Source: an uncultured delta proteobacterium
GTDB lineage: Bacteria > Desulfobacterota > Zymogenia > Zymogenales > Zymogenaceae
Assembly (NCBI GenBank): GCA_963792965.1
Contig: CAWBYW010000004.1
Span: 160,001 to 224,000, forward strand
Length of the DNA: 64,000 bases
Direction of reading: 5' to 3'
Shown: positions 37,867 to 48,359 of the stretch, piece after piece
How the letters are laid out: each line of letters opens with the position of its first letter
How positions within the stretch are numbered: position 1 is the stretch's first letter
The notes under the pieces: generated by a model
Seen by the model: the letters and a program-made list of their open reading frames with translations, nothing else
The model's database searches: none
Told to the model about the DNA's origin: nothing
Position numbers and translations under genes: made by a program

Positions 37867-40800
37867 TCACCTGGGTTCAAAGAAGACGATCTTGGGGTCG
37901 GACATGATTCCGGATGGGGTCGGATTTCCGAGCAGGTTTTCAGCGGTGTTGGAGACCGAAATCTCGATGATATTTTCCCCGGCCGAGAGCCGGCCGGTGA
38001 GGTCAAAACGATAGGGGGGCCACATCCGCACGCCCAGGTCATGCCCGTTGAGCGTCACGCGCGCGGTCTCGTGCACCTGTCCAAGGTCAAGCACTCCTCT
38101 CTTCCCGGCGTATCGTTTCGGGAGCGTGAAGCGGCACCGATAGGTGACGGTGCCGCTGTAGTTTCCCGTTCCCTTTCTTCCCCACGAAAGGTGCCGCGTG
38201 GCCTCCCTCCTCGGCGTGATAACGCCCTTTTCGACATAGAAATCCCCGAGGATTACCAGCGGCTCCACCGAGTGAAGCGCGGGTAGCATCGTTGGAAATG
38301 AGGGCTGGCGCGACGTGATCCTGACGCGGTTGGTGCCCAGCCTGAGATAGTTCGGCAGGCTCACCCTCCGGTTCTTTCGATCCCAGAGGAAGTATTTTTC
38401 GCCCCTGCTGGTGACGAGCCGGCCGTTGACGGAGATCTCCAGCGGCTCCCCCGCATCCTCCCAGACAAGTGATATCCGGTTCGGAATATGTTTGGTCTTG
38501 AACGTCGACTCGATCACGTACCGGGCGCCCTCCGGCGGCAGAGAAGTCGAAAGGTAGAGGCCCATGAAGCGGGCGGCATCCTTGATCAGTTCGAATTTCT
38601 GATAGTATCCCTGTCCGGAGAGGTGCAGCCCCATGAGTCGCGCCGAAAAGAGGGCAAAGCGCATCTCCTCTTCGATGGAGCCGAATGGGCGGTATCGGAT
38701 TCTCTTGCGCGTTCCGAATACCCTACCTATTGACTGAATGAGCGCGCGAACGACGGCGATCTTAATCTTCGCGGCGACGGAGAAACGGTTGTCCCCTAAG
38801 AGGTCGCCAAGGGAGGGGAATGAGATCGGTGGAGACGACCGGATGATTCGAAAGTTCCCGACCCTGAGCATGTTGTCTTTCCGATAGGTCATCTCCCATG
38901 AGCAGGGGAAGTAGAACTCGCCTATCTTCCGCTCGGGCAGGAACGGGAGACTGGATTCGGTATCGGAGTATTCGGCATGGATGACGTAGAACCTCGACTC
39001 ACCCGGCTCAAAGCGAACGGGGAACATCAGCTTCCCATCCGCGGTCTCGAAATCGGGGATGAGCGCCCGCGTGCCGCTTTCGGCGTCCCAGACCTCGGGG
39101 TTTCCGAGTCCCGAAAGGGTCATCTTTCCCTCGAAGGGCTCATCGCCGAGATAAGAAAAGAAGTAGATCTGTGCGCCGTGATAATTCCTCTGTTGATGGA
39201 TGAATCGGTCGGAGTTTTCGCCGACTAGAACGTGCCGCTTTGGGGCCGTTTTGCCGAGCATGTGGACGAGTTCCTTGATGTCCCTTACGAGGGGCGCACC
39301 GCAGGCGTCCAGAGGGAGATGGCTCATTCCGAGGGGATCGGGATAACCACCGATAAAGATAATCGATACGCCGTCTCGCCATGCGTTGCTGATGAATGAA
39401 GAGACGTGGTCGGGGATATGGGTCGCTCGGGGAACTATGACTGTCGAGTAGCGCCCATCCCCGATCGTCACGTGGCCGTCGGCGATGTGCGCAAGGCCCA
39501 GGCTCACCTCTTCCTCGAAGAGAAAATCGAAATCCCGCAGGTCCCCCAACAACCCATAGGTCAGGTCCTTGACGCACCGTACCGTCCGTTGTCCCTCTTC
39601 CGTGAGGCGGCCCTGTCCTATCGTGTTGACCCAGACGGAGGTGAGGGGAAACAACACGAGGAGCTCCGAGACCCGCTTTCCCACGGCCGTCATGAGGCTG
39701 ACGCGGGAGATATAGTCCGCCATGATCTTGAAGTCTTCCCAGAAGGGCTCCTCCCGATAATAGGAAGGTGGAAAGTCGCGCTTTCTGAGGCCGACCAGGG
39801 AAGAATAGACGCCGTGGGGGAAGAAGAGATTCGTGCCGAGGGCGGCCCCCCAGTCGATCGAGCGCTTGAGGGACGAAGGTCCCGCGCCCCACCCGGCTCC
39901 TTCCCACACCTCGGAGAGGGTGCGTCCCTGTTTTTTCGTCCGCGAGACGCTCGAGGCTATCTTCGGCGTAAAGTTCCCGAGGACTGAGGGGGGTTCTTCG
40001 AAGAGATAGCTCGTGCCCTCCCCGTGGTAATTTGTTCCCGGGATGTCCATCTCGCGGAAAGGAACGAAAGGACTCCCCTGGGTGTGGGCGACCCTCTCGA
40101 TGAAATCCTCACCGCCGACGTTGCCCGAAAAGGAAAGCCGGTTTTGCTGTGCCCACTTGCTGATCGCATGATAGTAATCTCCCGTGAGCCGCCTGATCAG
40201 GGAATAGTAGTCTGCCCGTATCCGTCGATAATCGCCCACGTCGTGGATGAGCGCGGGAAGGTAACGGACGAGGTCGTAGCCGAAGCGCTTCTGAAAAAGG
40301 TCGGCCATCCTTTCCGTCCAGGGGAACGGGCATTGGTTCTGTGGGGCGGGGCTGTAGACGCCGACAATCGTACCGGCGAAGTATTGTTTCAGGTGCGTCT
40401 CGAAGGAGCCGTAGACGATGTCCATGAAGCAGCGGACGGCGTCCGGATTCAGGATATCGAGGGTGCCTCTCCCTCTTTCGGCAAGCCAGGGGGCCGCCGC
40501 GCGGGAAAAAGTCGTTGCCGACATCTTTGCTGTGGATGCGATGAGACAGCGCGCGCCGTGGGGATCCGTTCCCACGAAAGATGCCTCATGCCCTTTCAGG
40601 GAGTAGGTCCCGAGGACGTGCTCGCCGGGTACGAGATGCCGCCCGACCCGAAACGAGATCCCTTCGGCACAAAAATCCGGCCTCTCGGCCAGGACGCGCC
40701 CCGCGGCCGTGCCGCTCGGCCAGTTGTAGTCGTCGGAAAGCCAGACGAGCAACGAGAGCCGGCCGGCCTTGCCGACGATCGCGGAGAGCCGTTTCCAATA

Positions 40801-41052
40801 CAATTTGGAGGCAAAAGGGACGGTGATGCCGGTCCTGGCCGCCAGCGCCACGCCGCCGAACCCCTTGTCCCGAAGCTCCACCAGGATTTCCTCGGTGACG
40901 TCCACATCCATGTCGTCGTTGAGGAAGACGAACGGGATGGGCTTGAACTCGGTCGGGGCGTCGGTGAAGGCGCGAAACAGCGCCCTGATCCTGTTTTTCG
41001 ATCCCCCGAGGATCGGTAGCCTCTTGTAGAGGCCCTTGTAATCGTTTTTCAT
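37867..41052 (-). CDS. GH106-like (alpha-L-rhamnosidase-like) large glycoside hydrolase with a C-terminal sugar-binding domain
   Basis: WPSG.A.G, D.LNP.AV..F, MDIPG, PKIASSV, RKRDFPP and LDLG.V...A.V.LNG..LG...WPPY motifs. Confidence 0.75.
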   Translation of the reverse strand: MKNDYKGLYKRLPILGGSKNRIRALFRAFTDAPTEFKPIPFVFLNDDMDVDVTEEILVELRDKGFGGVALAARTGITVPFASKLYWKRLSAIVGKAGRLSLLVWLSDDYNWPSGTAAGRVLAERPDFCAEGISFRVGRHLVPGEHVLGTYSLKGHEASFVGTDPHGARCLIASTAKMSATTFSRAAAPWLAERGRGTLDILNPDAVRCFMDIVYGSFETHLKQYFAGTIVGVYSPAPQNQCPFPWTERMADLFQKRFGYDLVRYLPALIHDVGDYRRIRADYYSLIRRLTGDYYHAISKWAQQNRLSFSGNVGGEDFIERVAHTQGSPFVPFREMDIPGTNYHGEGTSYLFEEPPSVLGNFTPKIASSVSRTKKQGRTLSEVWEGAGWGAGPSSLKRSIDWGAALGTNLFFPHGVYSSLVGLRKRDFPPSYYREEPFWEDFKIMADYISRVSLMTAVGKRVSELLVLFPLTSVWVNTIGQGRLTEEGQRTVRCVKDLTYGLLGDLRDFDFLFEEEVSLGLAHIADGHVTIGDGRYSTVIVPRATHIPDHVSSFISNAWRDGVSIIFIGGYPDPLGMSHLPLDACGAPLVRDIKELVHMLGKTAPKRHVLVGENSDRFIHQQRNYHGAQIYFFSYLGDEPFEGKMTLSGLGNPEVWDAESGTRALIPDFETADGKLMFPVRFEPGESRFYVIHAEYSDTESSLPFLPERKIGEFYFPCSWEMTYRKDNMLRVGNFRIIRSSPPISFPSLGDLLGDNRFSVAAKIKIAVVRALIQSIGRVFGTRKRIRYRPFGSIEEEMRFALFSARLMGLHLSGQGYYQKFELIKDAARFMGLYLSTSLPPEGARYVIESTFKTKHIPNRISLVWEDAGEPLEISVNGRLVTSRGEKYFLWDRKNRRVSLPNYLRLGTNRVRITSRQPSFPTMLPALHSVEPLVILGDFYVEKGVITPRREATRHLSWGRKGTGNYSGTVTYRCRFTLPKRYAGKRGVLDLGQVHETARVTLNGHDLGVRMWPPYRFDLTGRLSAGENIIEISVSNTAENLLGNPTPSGIMSDPKIVFFEPR

Positions 41053-41184
41053 GGTGCCGCGGTTTTCGAACCCTTTCTTGGACTGCCCGGTTTCCGGTCA
41101 CTTACGACAGTGCTGACCGGCGTGCGCGCCGGCTATTGTCTTGCCGCGCCGACCATACACCGCGGCGGAAATCCCACTCATGCC

Positions 41185-43086
41185 TTAGTCTTCGGCCAGG
41201 ACGATAATCCGGTCGTCCGACGCAAAGGTGATGCGGTCTGACTTATCGGGATTGACCGCCACCCCGTAGGACTGCGCCGCGTCGTGGGACAGGGCGGCGA
41301 TCCGGTAGCCGATGGCAACCTCGCTTTTTGCACGCGCCGACTGGACAACGGTGTAGAAATTGACGGGCTTCCCGATTCCCACGTAGAGATCGGCAGGCTT
41401 GGTATACAGCTCCGATCCCTCGGGGTCGAAGAGGTCGTCAAATACGGCCGAGAGCTCCCTGTTCTCCGAGATCTGTGAGAGAGCCAGGCTGATGAGCCGG
41501 TCGCTGATAATGAAATCGTCGGCGTGCGTCACCTCGGCAAGATCCCTGTTTTTGAGGTCGAGCATCTCGCTGACGATGGGGGTCGAATGACCCGCTTTGT
41601 CGTTGATGTCGCGCAGGTGGAGGAGACAGATAAGGGTGCGGGCATCGGCCTGCTCGGCGTCGAGCGTATCGGAATAGCTCAGGACAATAATATTGTTAAA
41701 GCCGTTTATCGCCAGACCATCCAGCACGGCGCGATCGGTAATGTCTCCGTCGAGGTAAGAAGCCGACGTGTTCTTAAGACCGAGCGCCTTGATCCGGTCC
41801 TGGAATTCGGGAGTCGTGAGCTCTTTGTTTTCCGCCACGACGGTCACGCGGGAGCCGGGGGCAAGGTAGCTGTCGAGCTCCCGGATGATGCTCGTGGTAC
41901 GGTGATTCCAGCCGAGTATCAGTATCTTTTCGGGGACGGGGGGGCGCGGCGGCACGTTTCGGATGGCGTCGCCGTCGATCCCGTAGTCGGAAAGATTCGA
42001 GAGTACGATCGTGTCATCATCCTCGGAGACGGCAATCAGCTTATCGCCCGTACGGATCGTCGTGTCCATGGGCGGGTTGAGCTGAATCCTTCCGTCGGCG
42101 AATCGGAGACCGATAACGGAGGAGTCCTCGTAGATGAAGAGGACGTCCCCGAAGGTCTTGCCGACGACGGACGGCTCTTCCTTGAAATAGATCTCATCCC
42201 CGCCGAAGTCGAGAAGCTCGGTGTAGACCACCGAGAGGCCCGACTGCCGACACGTCTGGGCGGCGATCCGGGCGATGAGGTCGCTGACGAGCACGAACTG
42301 GACCTCGTCCTTTCCGATCATGCGGGCGACCTCAAGGTTTCTGCGCTCCCGGACGGCCGCGACGACATGGTACGGGTCGGGGCGGCGGTCTTTCCGGTTG
42401 GTCAGCGCGAGAACCGTCTTGATAACGTGGATGTCCGGATCCTTGGCCTCGGGCGCAAGGATGATGATCGAGCGGGCGGCGTCGGGATTGACGATCTCCA
42501 GGTCGTTCAGGTCTATGGGGTTGCCGGTTCTGCAGACGATCCGTGTGCGGCGGGGGGTGCCGATCTTTTCACGGATGGCATCCTCCATTTGAATCTTGTC
42601 CTTCTGGGCAAGGATGACGATGCAGGAGCGTGGTTGATTCTCGTTTGCTGTGACAAGCTCGGATATGATTGTGAAGATCTGCAGGCTCCAGCCGAGGATG
42701 AGCGTGTATCCCTCTTCGGCGACGTGTGATCGGCCCTTGCGCAGCTCGTCGATTTTATTCTTGATGCCCGTGGTCAAGAGACCGATCAGGATGCTGACGA
42801 CAAAAACACCGCCGAACGTCGTCAAAAACATCAACAGCAAGAACGACCAGCTGCCCGTGTCCCGCCCCATGGCACCGGTGCTCAGGGTACGCTGGAGGTT
42901 TGCCCACATGATCTCAAAAAAGCTCTTATCCTGAAAGCCGACCTTCGTGACGTAAATGATGATCGACATCCCGGTAATCAAAATAAGTGAGGCCACAAAG
43001 AGCCAGCCGATGACGGCAACGGTTCCCTTCGATATGGTGTTCTCAAACCAGTAGCGCAGTCGCCGTCTCAGGGTTATCCTCTTCAT
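41185..43086 (-). CDS. CASTOR/POLLUX (DMI1)-like ion channel with tandem RCK domains
   Basis: RLRYWFEN, LRKGRS.V.E, ILGW, CRTGNP, QTCRQSGLS.VY.ELLDF.GDEIYF, L.LLHLR and F..LF.PEGSE.Y.KP. Confidence 0.88.
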   Translation of the reverse strand: MKRITLRRRLRYWFENTISKGTVAVIGWLFVASLILITGMSIIIYVTKVGFQDKSFFEIMWANLQRTLSTGAMGRDTGSWSFLLLMFLTTFGGVFVVSILIGLLTTGIKNKIDELRKGRSHVAEEGYTLILGWSLQIFTIISELVTANENQPRSCIVILAQKDKIQMEDAIREKIGTPRRTRIVCRTGNPIDLNDLEIVNPDAARSIIILAPEAKDPDIHVIKTVLALTNRKDRRPDPYHVVAAVRERRNLEVARMIGKDEVQFVLVSDLIARIAAQTCRQSGLSVVYTELLDFGGDEIYFKEEPSVVGKTFGDVLFIYEDSSVIGLRFADGRIQLNPPMDTTIRTGDKLIAVSEDDDTIVLSNLSDYGIDGDAIRNVPPRPPVPEKILILGWNHRTTSIIRELDSYLAPGSRVTVVAENKELTTPEFQDRIKALGLKNTSASYLDGDITDRAVLDGLAINGFNNIIVLSYSDTLDAEQADARTLICLLHLRDINDKAGHSTPIVSEMLDLKNRDLAEVTHADDFIISDRLISLALSQISENRELSAVFDDLFDPEGSELYTKPADLYVGIGKPVNFYTVVQSARAKSEVAIGYRIAALSHDAAQSYGVAVNPDKSDRITFASDDRIIVLAED

Positions 43087-43143
43087 ATCAGACTCCTTTT
43101 GGTAATGCCGGATCAGTTACACCAAAAATATTTCCACTTCCCG

Positions 43144-44520
43144 TTACGATCGCGCGTGACCTCTCACGCCCGCCAAATCTCGCTCGATCTCTCCATACTT
43201 CGCCTTGCTCAGGGGAAAGAAGGCAAGGAAGATAAGGCCGAGGACGAAGAGGGCCGACGGCACACCCCCGACGAGCCAGCGGATCCCGGCCAGTGCCCTT
43301 TCGTTCTGGGGCATGTCGGGCACGTAGCCGACGTTTGCGAGGATCGCCCCGGTGATAAAGGGGGCCAGGGCGATGGATACCTTGAAGATCAGGAAGGCGA
43401 TGCCGAAGTAGGCGCCCTCCCGGCGGGTCCCCGATGTCAGCTCGTCCAGATCTATGATTTCCGGAAGCATGGCATAGGGGAAGAGAAAATATGCCCCCGT
43501 CCCGACGCCGGCCACCGCCATGAAGACGTACAGGAGTGTCCTGTCGTCACGCGGGAGAAAGAAGATCGCGAGGGCCGCCGCAATGAGAACCACGATCCCG
43601 ATCATGAACGACTCCTTCTTGCCGATCTTTCCACTGAGCCAGACCCAGAGGGGAACGGAGAGAAGCAGGACTCCCATGACGATCCCCATCATCGGGGTAA
43701 AGAGATTCTTATCTCCGAGCCAGTACTTCGCGTAATAGATCAGAACCCCCGAAAGGATCGTGTAGCCCAGCGAGACCAATGAGTAGGCGGCGATGAACCA
43801 CCAGAAGGCGCCGTTCTTGAGCGTGAGGGCAAATGACTTAACGATCGGCAGGGCTTCTCTCCTGGAAAAGTCCTCCCGCTCTCGTATCGAGAACGCGGTG
43901 ATAAGGAAGACCAGCAGGGCCACCATGCTGAAGACGACCGCCGTGAGAAAGAAGCCCCGCTTGTCACCGCCCAGCATCGCCACGAGGGGGATGACCAGCG
44001 CACTGCCGGCCACCCAACCGATAACGGAAAAGGGTTGGCGATAGGCGGTGAGCTTGGTCCTCTCGTGAGGGGCCAGCGCGAGCTCGGGCAGCAGCGCGTT
44101 ATAAGGGACCGTGACGACGGTCGACGCGCTGAAGAAGGCGATAAAGACGGCGGTAAGCAACACCGAGTTAATGATTTCGCTCCGGGTGACCAGCGGGGTC
44201 CAGATCAGGACGAAGAGGACCGCGTAGGGAAGGGCGCCGAAGAAGAGATACGGCCTGCGCCTTCCCCAGGGGCTCTTGGTCATGTCGGAAATCTGACCCA
44301 TGAGGGGATCGGCAACGGCGTCCCATACCTTGGCCACCAAAAGCGCCGTCCCGACCAGCGTCGGCGAAAAATGGGCGATGTCGGTATAGAAATAGAGGAG
44401 GAAGAAGGCAACGGTGGACAGCGGCAGCGTGATGCCGAGGTCTGAGACGCCGTAAGCAATCTTCGTCGCCAAGGGGAGCTTTTCGTCTGAAAAAGAGTCG
44501 CGCGGATATTTTGCTGTCAT
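43144..44520 (-). CDS. Glycoside-pentoside-hexuronide (GPH/MelB-like) MFS symporter
   Basis: YGVSD, WDAVADPLMG.ISD.T.S.WGRRRPY and D.DEL.SG.RREG. Confidence 0.92.
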   Translation of the reverse strand: MTAKYPRDSFSDEKLPLATKIAYGVSDLGITLPLSTVAFFLLYFYTDIAHFSPTLVGTALLVAKVWDAVADPLMGQISDMTKSPWGRRRPYLFFGALPYAVLFVLIWTPLVTRSEIINSVLLTAVFIAFFSASTVVTVPYNALLPELALAPHERTKLTAYRQPFSVIGWVAGSALVIPLVAMLGGDKRGFFLTAVVFSMVALLVFLITAFSIREREDFSRREALPIVKSFALTLKNGAFWWFIAAYSLVSLGYTILSGVLIYYAKYWLGDKNLFTPMMGIVMGVLLLSVPLWVWLSGKIGKKESFMIGIVVLIAAALAIFFLPRDDRTLLYVFMAVAGVGTGAYFLFPYAMLPEIIDLDELTSGTRREGAYFGIAFLIFKVSIALAPFITGAILANVGYVPDMPQNERALAGIRWLVGGVPSALFVLGLIFLAFFPLSKAKYGEIERDLAGVRGHARS

Positions 44521-44628
44521 CTCCAATTCCCGAATGGGTTAGCACGTGTCGGGAGATGATAGCACACATCGTCCGCATAAGAAATAAATAAAAAACGGGG
44601 AACGGCAAATGCAGAGCTTGTTTTCGAA

Positions 44629-44657
44629 TTGAATAATCATAAAATTCGGTCTATAAT
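44629..44657 (+). promoter_or_regulatory. Sigma70 promoter of the V/A-ATPase operon
   Basis: TTGAAT-17 nt-TATAAT. Confidence 0.65.
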
Positions 44658-44778
44658 CTCATCTTTGACTGTGTCGATTATCCGATGGGACGGTTTGGCC
44701 TCAACAACCTTCGGCTCACGTGCCGCACGTGATACCGGTGCGATGGATCCGGGCGGCGGGGCGGGAGGCAACCCAATC

Positions 44779-45093
44779 ATGGTTAAGAAAATCATCGATA
44801 GAATCAAGGATGCCGAGGTGCGGGCCGAAAAGCTCGTTAAGGATGCCCACGCGGACTCTCGGGCACGGATTGTCGATTTCGGCAAGGCGCGACACAGTCG
44901 CCTCGATCTGCTTTCGCGCGAAAAGGAGGCGGCGCGTGAAAAAGCGTTGAAGGAGGCCGAAGAGAGAGCCGGGGCCGAGGAGTCCGAGATTCTGGCCCGG
45001 TCACAGGAAGAGATCAACAGGCTCCGGGCCGGCGCCGAAAAGCGGAAGGAGGAGGCGATAGCGCTCATCCTTCGAAGGATTCTGGATACGTGA
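44779..45093 (+). CDS. V/A-type ATPase subunit H/G (peripheral stalk)
   Basis: Charged coiled coil IKDAEVRAEKLVKDA; first gene of the operon; GGAGG SD. Confidence 0.8.
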   Translation: MVKKIIDRIKDAEVRAEKLVKDAHADSRARIVDFGKARHSRLDLLSREKEAAREKALKEAEERAGAEESEILARSQEEINRLRAGAEKRKEEAIALILRRILDT

Positions 45094-47087
45094 GCATCTC
45101 ACCCCTTACCAAACTCCTGGTCGTCGTCCATCGTGACGAGAGGACACCCCTGCTCGCGTTCATCCAGGAGCGGGGGGTGATGCAAATCACCGAGCTCACC
45201 CAGGGCACTGTCCTTGCCGCGTTTCCTGAGCTTGCGCGGGAGGATTCAGGCCGGCTCAATGATTTAGTCGCCCTCACGTCTCAGATAGACTTTGCGATCA
45301 CTTTTCTTTTGCCCTACGCGAAAAAGAAGTCAATCCTGGCGGCGCTTTCCCCCGAGGTGCTCAGGAGCGCCGCGGATCTCCGATCGCTGGCCGAAGAGGC
45401 TGATGTGCGCAATCTCGTCGACGAGGCCCTCACGCTCAGCCGTGAGCTCTCCGAGACGGGAAACAAGATCACTAAGCTCGAGTCCACCAGGGACGCGCTC
45501 GGCCCATGGCTCTCGCTGGACCTGCCCATAGAAGATCTCAGGGACAATTCCTTTGTCCGTCAGATGCTCTTCATGATCTTCAAAGTTCCCCTGGACACGG
45601 TGACCTCGCGATTGGACGGGGTGGGGGATACCCATGTGCTCACACCACTTGCCACGGGTCCGGACTACTCCTATTACCATTTCCTCTGCTGGGCCGGCGA
45701 CAGCGCCGCCTACGAAGAGGCCCTGGCCGGGCTCGGTGCAGAAAAGGAGACCCCTCCGGATCGGACGGGGACCTACCGGGAAGTGTACCGTGCCCTCAGG
45801 CGCGAGATAGCCGACCTCGAGGGAAAATACCGTGCACTCGAGCATAAGGCCCGCACACTGGCCACGCAAACGGACCGATTCCGGGCGCTCTATGACCACT
45901 ACACCATCCAGAAGGAGCGGGAAGAGGTCGCCGAAAGGTTGCGGTCGTCTGCGGGGGTGGCCTACGTGGAGGGATGGGTCCCCGTCGCGCGGGTGGACCG
46001 CCTCCGGCGGGAGATCGACGAGCGGTTTTCGCTTGCCGAGACGGTCGTCTTTGCCCCGGCCGAGGACGAGAAGCCTCCGATCCTGTTGGAGAACCGGAGG
46101 CTTGTGCGTCCCTTCGAGATCATCACGTCGCTTTACGGAATGCCCGATCCTGAAGAATTTGACCCCACGCCGCTCTATATGCTTTTTTACGCCGTCTTCT
46201 TCGGGCTCTGCCTCACGGACGCCGGCTACGGGGTGGTGCTGTCGATCATACTCTTTTTTGTCGTCCTTCGATTCAAGTATTCGCTCGGCAGGAACAAGAT
46301 CGTGCAGGTGCTGCTGATCGGCTCGGTCAGCACCATCGTCCTGGGCGCCCTCACGGGGGGATGGTTCGGCGACCTCCTGGGGCGCCTCCCGGAGGGGTCG
46401 GGCGTCCAGACGATCGGAAGATCGATCATGCTTTTTGATCCCCTCAAGGATACGATCACGTTCATGCTCCTGTGCCTGGCCCTCGGGTTCATTCAGATCA
46501 ACCTCGGGATGATCGTGGGGCTCGTCAAGTTCATAAAGAAGAGGGAGCGGCGGGAGGCGTTCGTTAAGCTGTGCTGGATCGTTTTTATCAATACCGCCGC
46601 CGTGCTGGTCGCCGACTACATGTCCACCGATGGTGTTCCGCGATGGGCGACGACGATCGCAACGGTCTCTATTCTCACCGTATCAGTCGGGATCGTGGCG
46701 TGCTCCGAGCCGAACGGGAATATCATCACACGGCTGGGCTGGGGGCTCTACAACCTGTACGGCTGCACGGGTTTTGTGGGGGACCTGTTGAGCTACCTGA
46801 GGTTACTGGCCCTCGGACTCTCCACGGGCATCATCGCCACGGTAGTCAACCTGGTAGCGACCCTTTTGTGCGGCGTTCCGTACGTGGGCGTCGTGCTTGC
46901 GGTACTCGTCTTTATCGGGGGGCATGCCTTCAACATTGCGATCAACTGCCTGGGCGCCTTTGTCCATACGACGAGGCTCCAGTACGTGGAGTTCTTCAAT
47001 AAATTCTATGAGGGGTCCGGCAAGCCGTTCAGGCCCTTCGGGCTCAACCCCAAGTATGTATACCTGAAGGAAGCCTTATACCAATAG
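45090..47087 (+). CDS. atpI: V/A-type ATPase subunit I (a)
   Basis: YGMP...EFDPT, FFG....DAGYG, SYLRLLALGL and H..RLQYVEFF.KFY.G.G. Confidence 0.95.
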   Translation: MSISPLTKLLVVVHRDERTPLLAFIQERGVMQITELTQGTVLAAFPELAREDSGRLNDLVALTSQIDFAITFLLPYAKKKSILAALSPEVLRSAADLRSLAEEADVRNLVDEALTLSRELSETGNKITKLESTRDALGPWLSLDLPIEDLRDNSFVRQMLFMIFKVPLDTVTSRLDGVGDTHVLTPLATGPDYSYYHFLCWAGDSAAYEEALAGLGAEKETPPDRTGTYREVYRALRREIADLEGKYRALEHKARTLATQTDRFRALYDHYTIQKEREEVAERLRSSAGVAYVEGWVPVARVDRLRREIDERFSLAETVVFAPAEDEKPPILLENRRLVRPFEIITSLYGMPDPEEFDPTPLYMLFYAVFFGLCLTDAGYGVVLSIILFFVVLRFKYSLGRNKIVQVLLIGSVSTIVLGALTGGWFGDLLGRLPEGSGVQTIGRSIMLFDPLKDTITFMLLCLALGFIQINLGMIVGLVKFIKKRERREAFVKLCWIVFINTAAVLVADYMSTDGVPRWATTIATVSILTVSVGIVACSEPNGNIITRLGWGLYNLYGCTGFVGDLLSYLRLLALGLSTGIIATVVNLVATLLCGVPYVGVVLAVLVFIGGHAFNIAINCLGAFVHTTRLQYVEFFNKFYEGSGKPFRPFGLNPKYVYLKEALYQ

Positions 47088-47129
47088 CGGACGAGCGGAC
47101 CTCGGTAGCTTCAAATCGATGAATAACTT

Positions 47130-47657
47130 ATGGAGTCTATGATGACCGATATCACATACGTATTGACGCTGCCCTACCTCGCGCTGCCGGTACTCGGGGC
47201 GGCGCTCGCCGTGGGGCTCTCCGGATTCGGCTCCGCCACGGGCATTGCCATCGCGGGCCAGGTGGCCGACGGCGTCCTGGCGGAGGAGCCCGATATTTTC
47301 GGCAGAATTCTCATTTTCGTGGCGATGCCGGGCACCCAGGGCATCTACGGATTCCTCGGCGCCTTCTTGATCCTCCTCAAGTCGGGGTACATCGGTGGCG
47401 CGCCCTACGCGAACATGACCCTCGGGCAGGCGTGGGCCTTCGCCTTCGCCGGGCTGCCGGTGGGATTGGGGGGGTGGGTTTCGGGGATCTGGCAGGGCAA
47501 GGTGTGCGCAACCGGCATCTCGCTTGCGGTCAAACGCCCGGAGGCGATGATGAAGGGCGTCGTCTACGGAGCCATGGTGGAGACGTACGCGATACTCGGT
47601 CTCCTCATCACAATCCTGGCGCTCAACGGCATCAACGTTGTCCCTCCCGTTAGATAG
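47130..47657 (+). CDS. atpK: V/A-type ATPase subunit K (c), 4-TM, Na+-type
   Basis: MPGTQGIYG, SGIWQG and MVETYA (NtpK-like). Confidence 0.93.
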   Translation: MESMMTDITYVLTLPYLALPVLGAALAVGLSGFGSATGIAIAGQVADGVLAEEPDIFGRILIFVAMPGTQGIYGFLGAFLILLKSGYIGGAPYANMTLGQAWAFAFAGLPVGLGGWVSGIWQGKVCATGISLAVKRPEAMMKGVVYGAMVETYAILGLLITILALNGINVVPPVR

Positions 47658-47689
47658 TCCCGGAGGCGATAGGTCCCAAAGGTGAAAGA

Positions 47690-48298
47690 GTGTCCGTAGA
47701 AAAGATCGTCGACAAGATCCTCGCCGAGGCCCGTGGCAGGGCGGCTTCCATCACGGAGCAGGCGGACCGCGAGCTTCAAAGGCTCAGATCCGATCTGGAG
47801 CACGAGGAGCAACAAGTCGGCGAGACCTCCCGGAAGCGGACGGAAGACGAGGCACACGAGATCGTGAAGAGACGGGTCTCCTCGGCCAGGCTCGAGGCCA
47901 GAAAGCGGATCCTCCGGCAAAAGGAAATGATTACCGACGAGGTATACGCCGAGGCCAAGAGACGCCTGCTGGCGCTGCCGGACGACAAGTACCTCGATCT
48001 CCTCAAGGGTCTGGTGGCCGCGTACGCCGTATCGGGAGATGAAAAGATCATGCTGTCGGCGCATGACCGCGATCGGCTCGGGGACAAAATCCCCCGGTGG
48101 GAAAGGGAGATCGCCGGGGAGCTGAAGAAGAAAGGTATTGGAGGCTCGATCTCGGTTTCGACCGAGACGAGGGATATCGAGGGGGGCCTGGTCCTCTCCC
48201 GTGGGCGGACCGAAGTGAACCTGAGCCTCGACGTGATTCTCTTGGAGATGAAATACCTCCTCGAGATCGAGATGAGCGGGAGTCTCTTTGGTGACTGA
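47690..48298 (+). CDS. atpE: V/A-type ATPase subunit E
   Basis: IVDKIL.EA coiled coil and I.GG.....G..EVN.S; operon position. Confidence 0.9.
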   Translation: MSVEKIVDKILAEARGRAASITEQADRELQRLRSDLEHEEQQVGETSRKRTEDEAHEIVKRRVSSARLEARKRILRQKEMITDEVYAEAKRRLLALPDDKYLDLLKGLVAAYAVSGDEKIMLSAHDRDRLGDKIPRWEREIAGELKKKGIGGSISVSTETRDIEGGLVLSRGRTEVNLSLDVILLEMKYLLEIEMSGSLFGD

Positions 48299-48359
48299 GG
48301 GCTGTCCCCCTTCTTTTGGTGAGGGGCCGGCTCTTTGGACTCTACGGGAACGCGAGACT

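Noticed and set aside
44658-44778. Na+ (DUF1646) riboswitch in the V-ATPase leader
   Set aside because: Only a small TCACGTG-CCG-CACGTGA hairpin is evident, and I cannot match the aptamer consensus. A cmscan would be needed.
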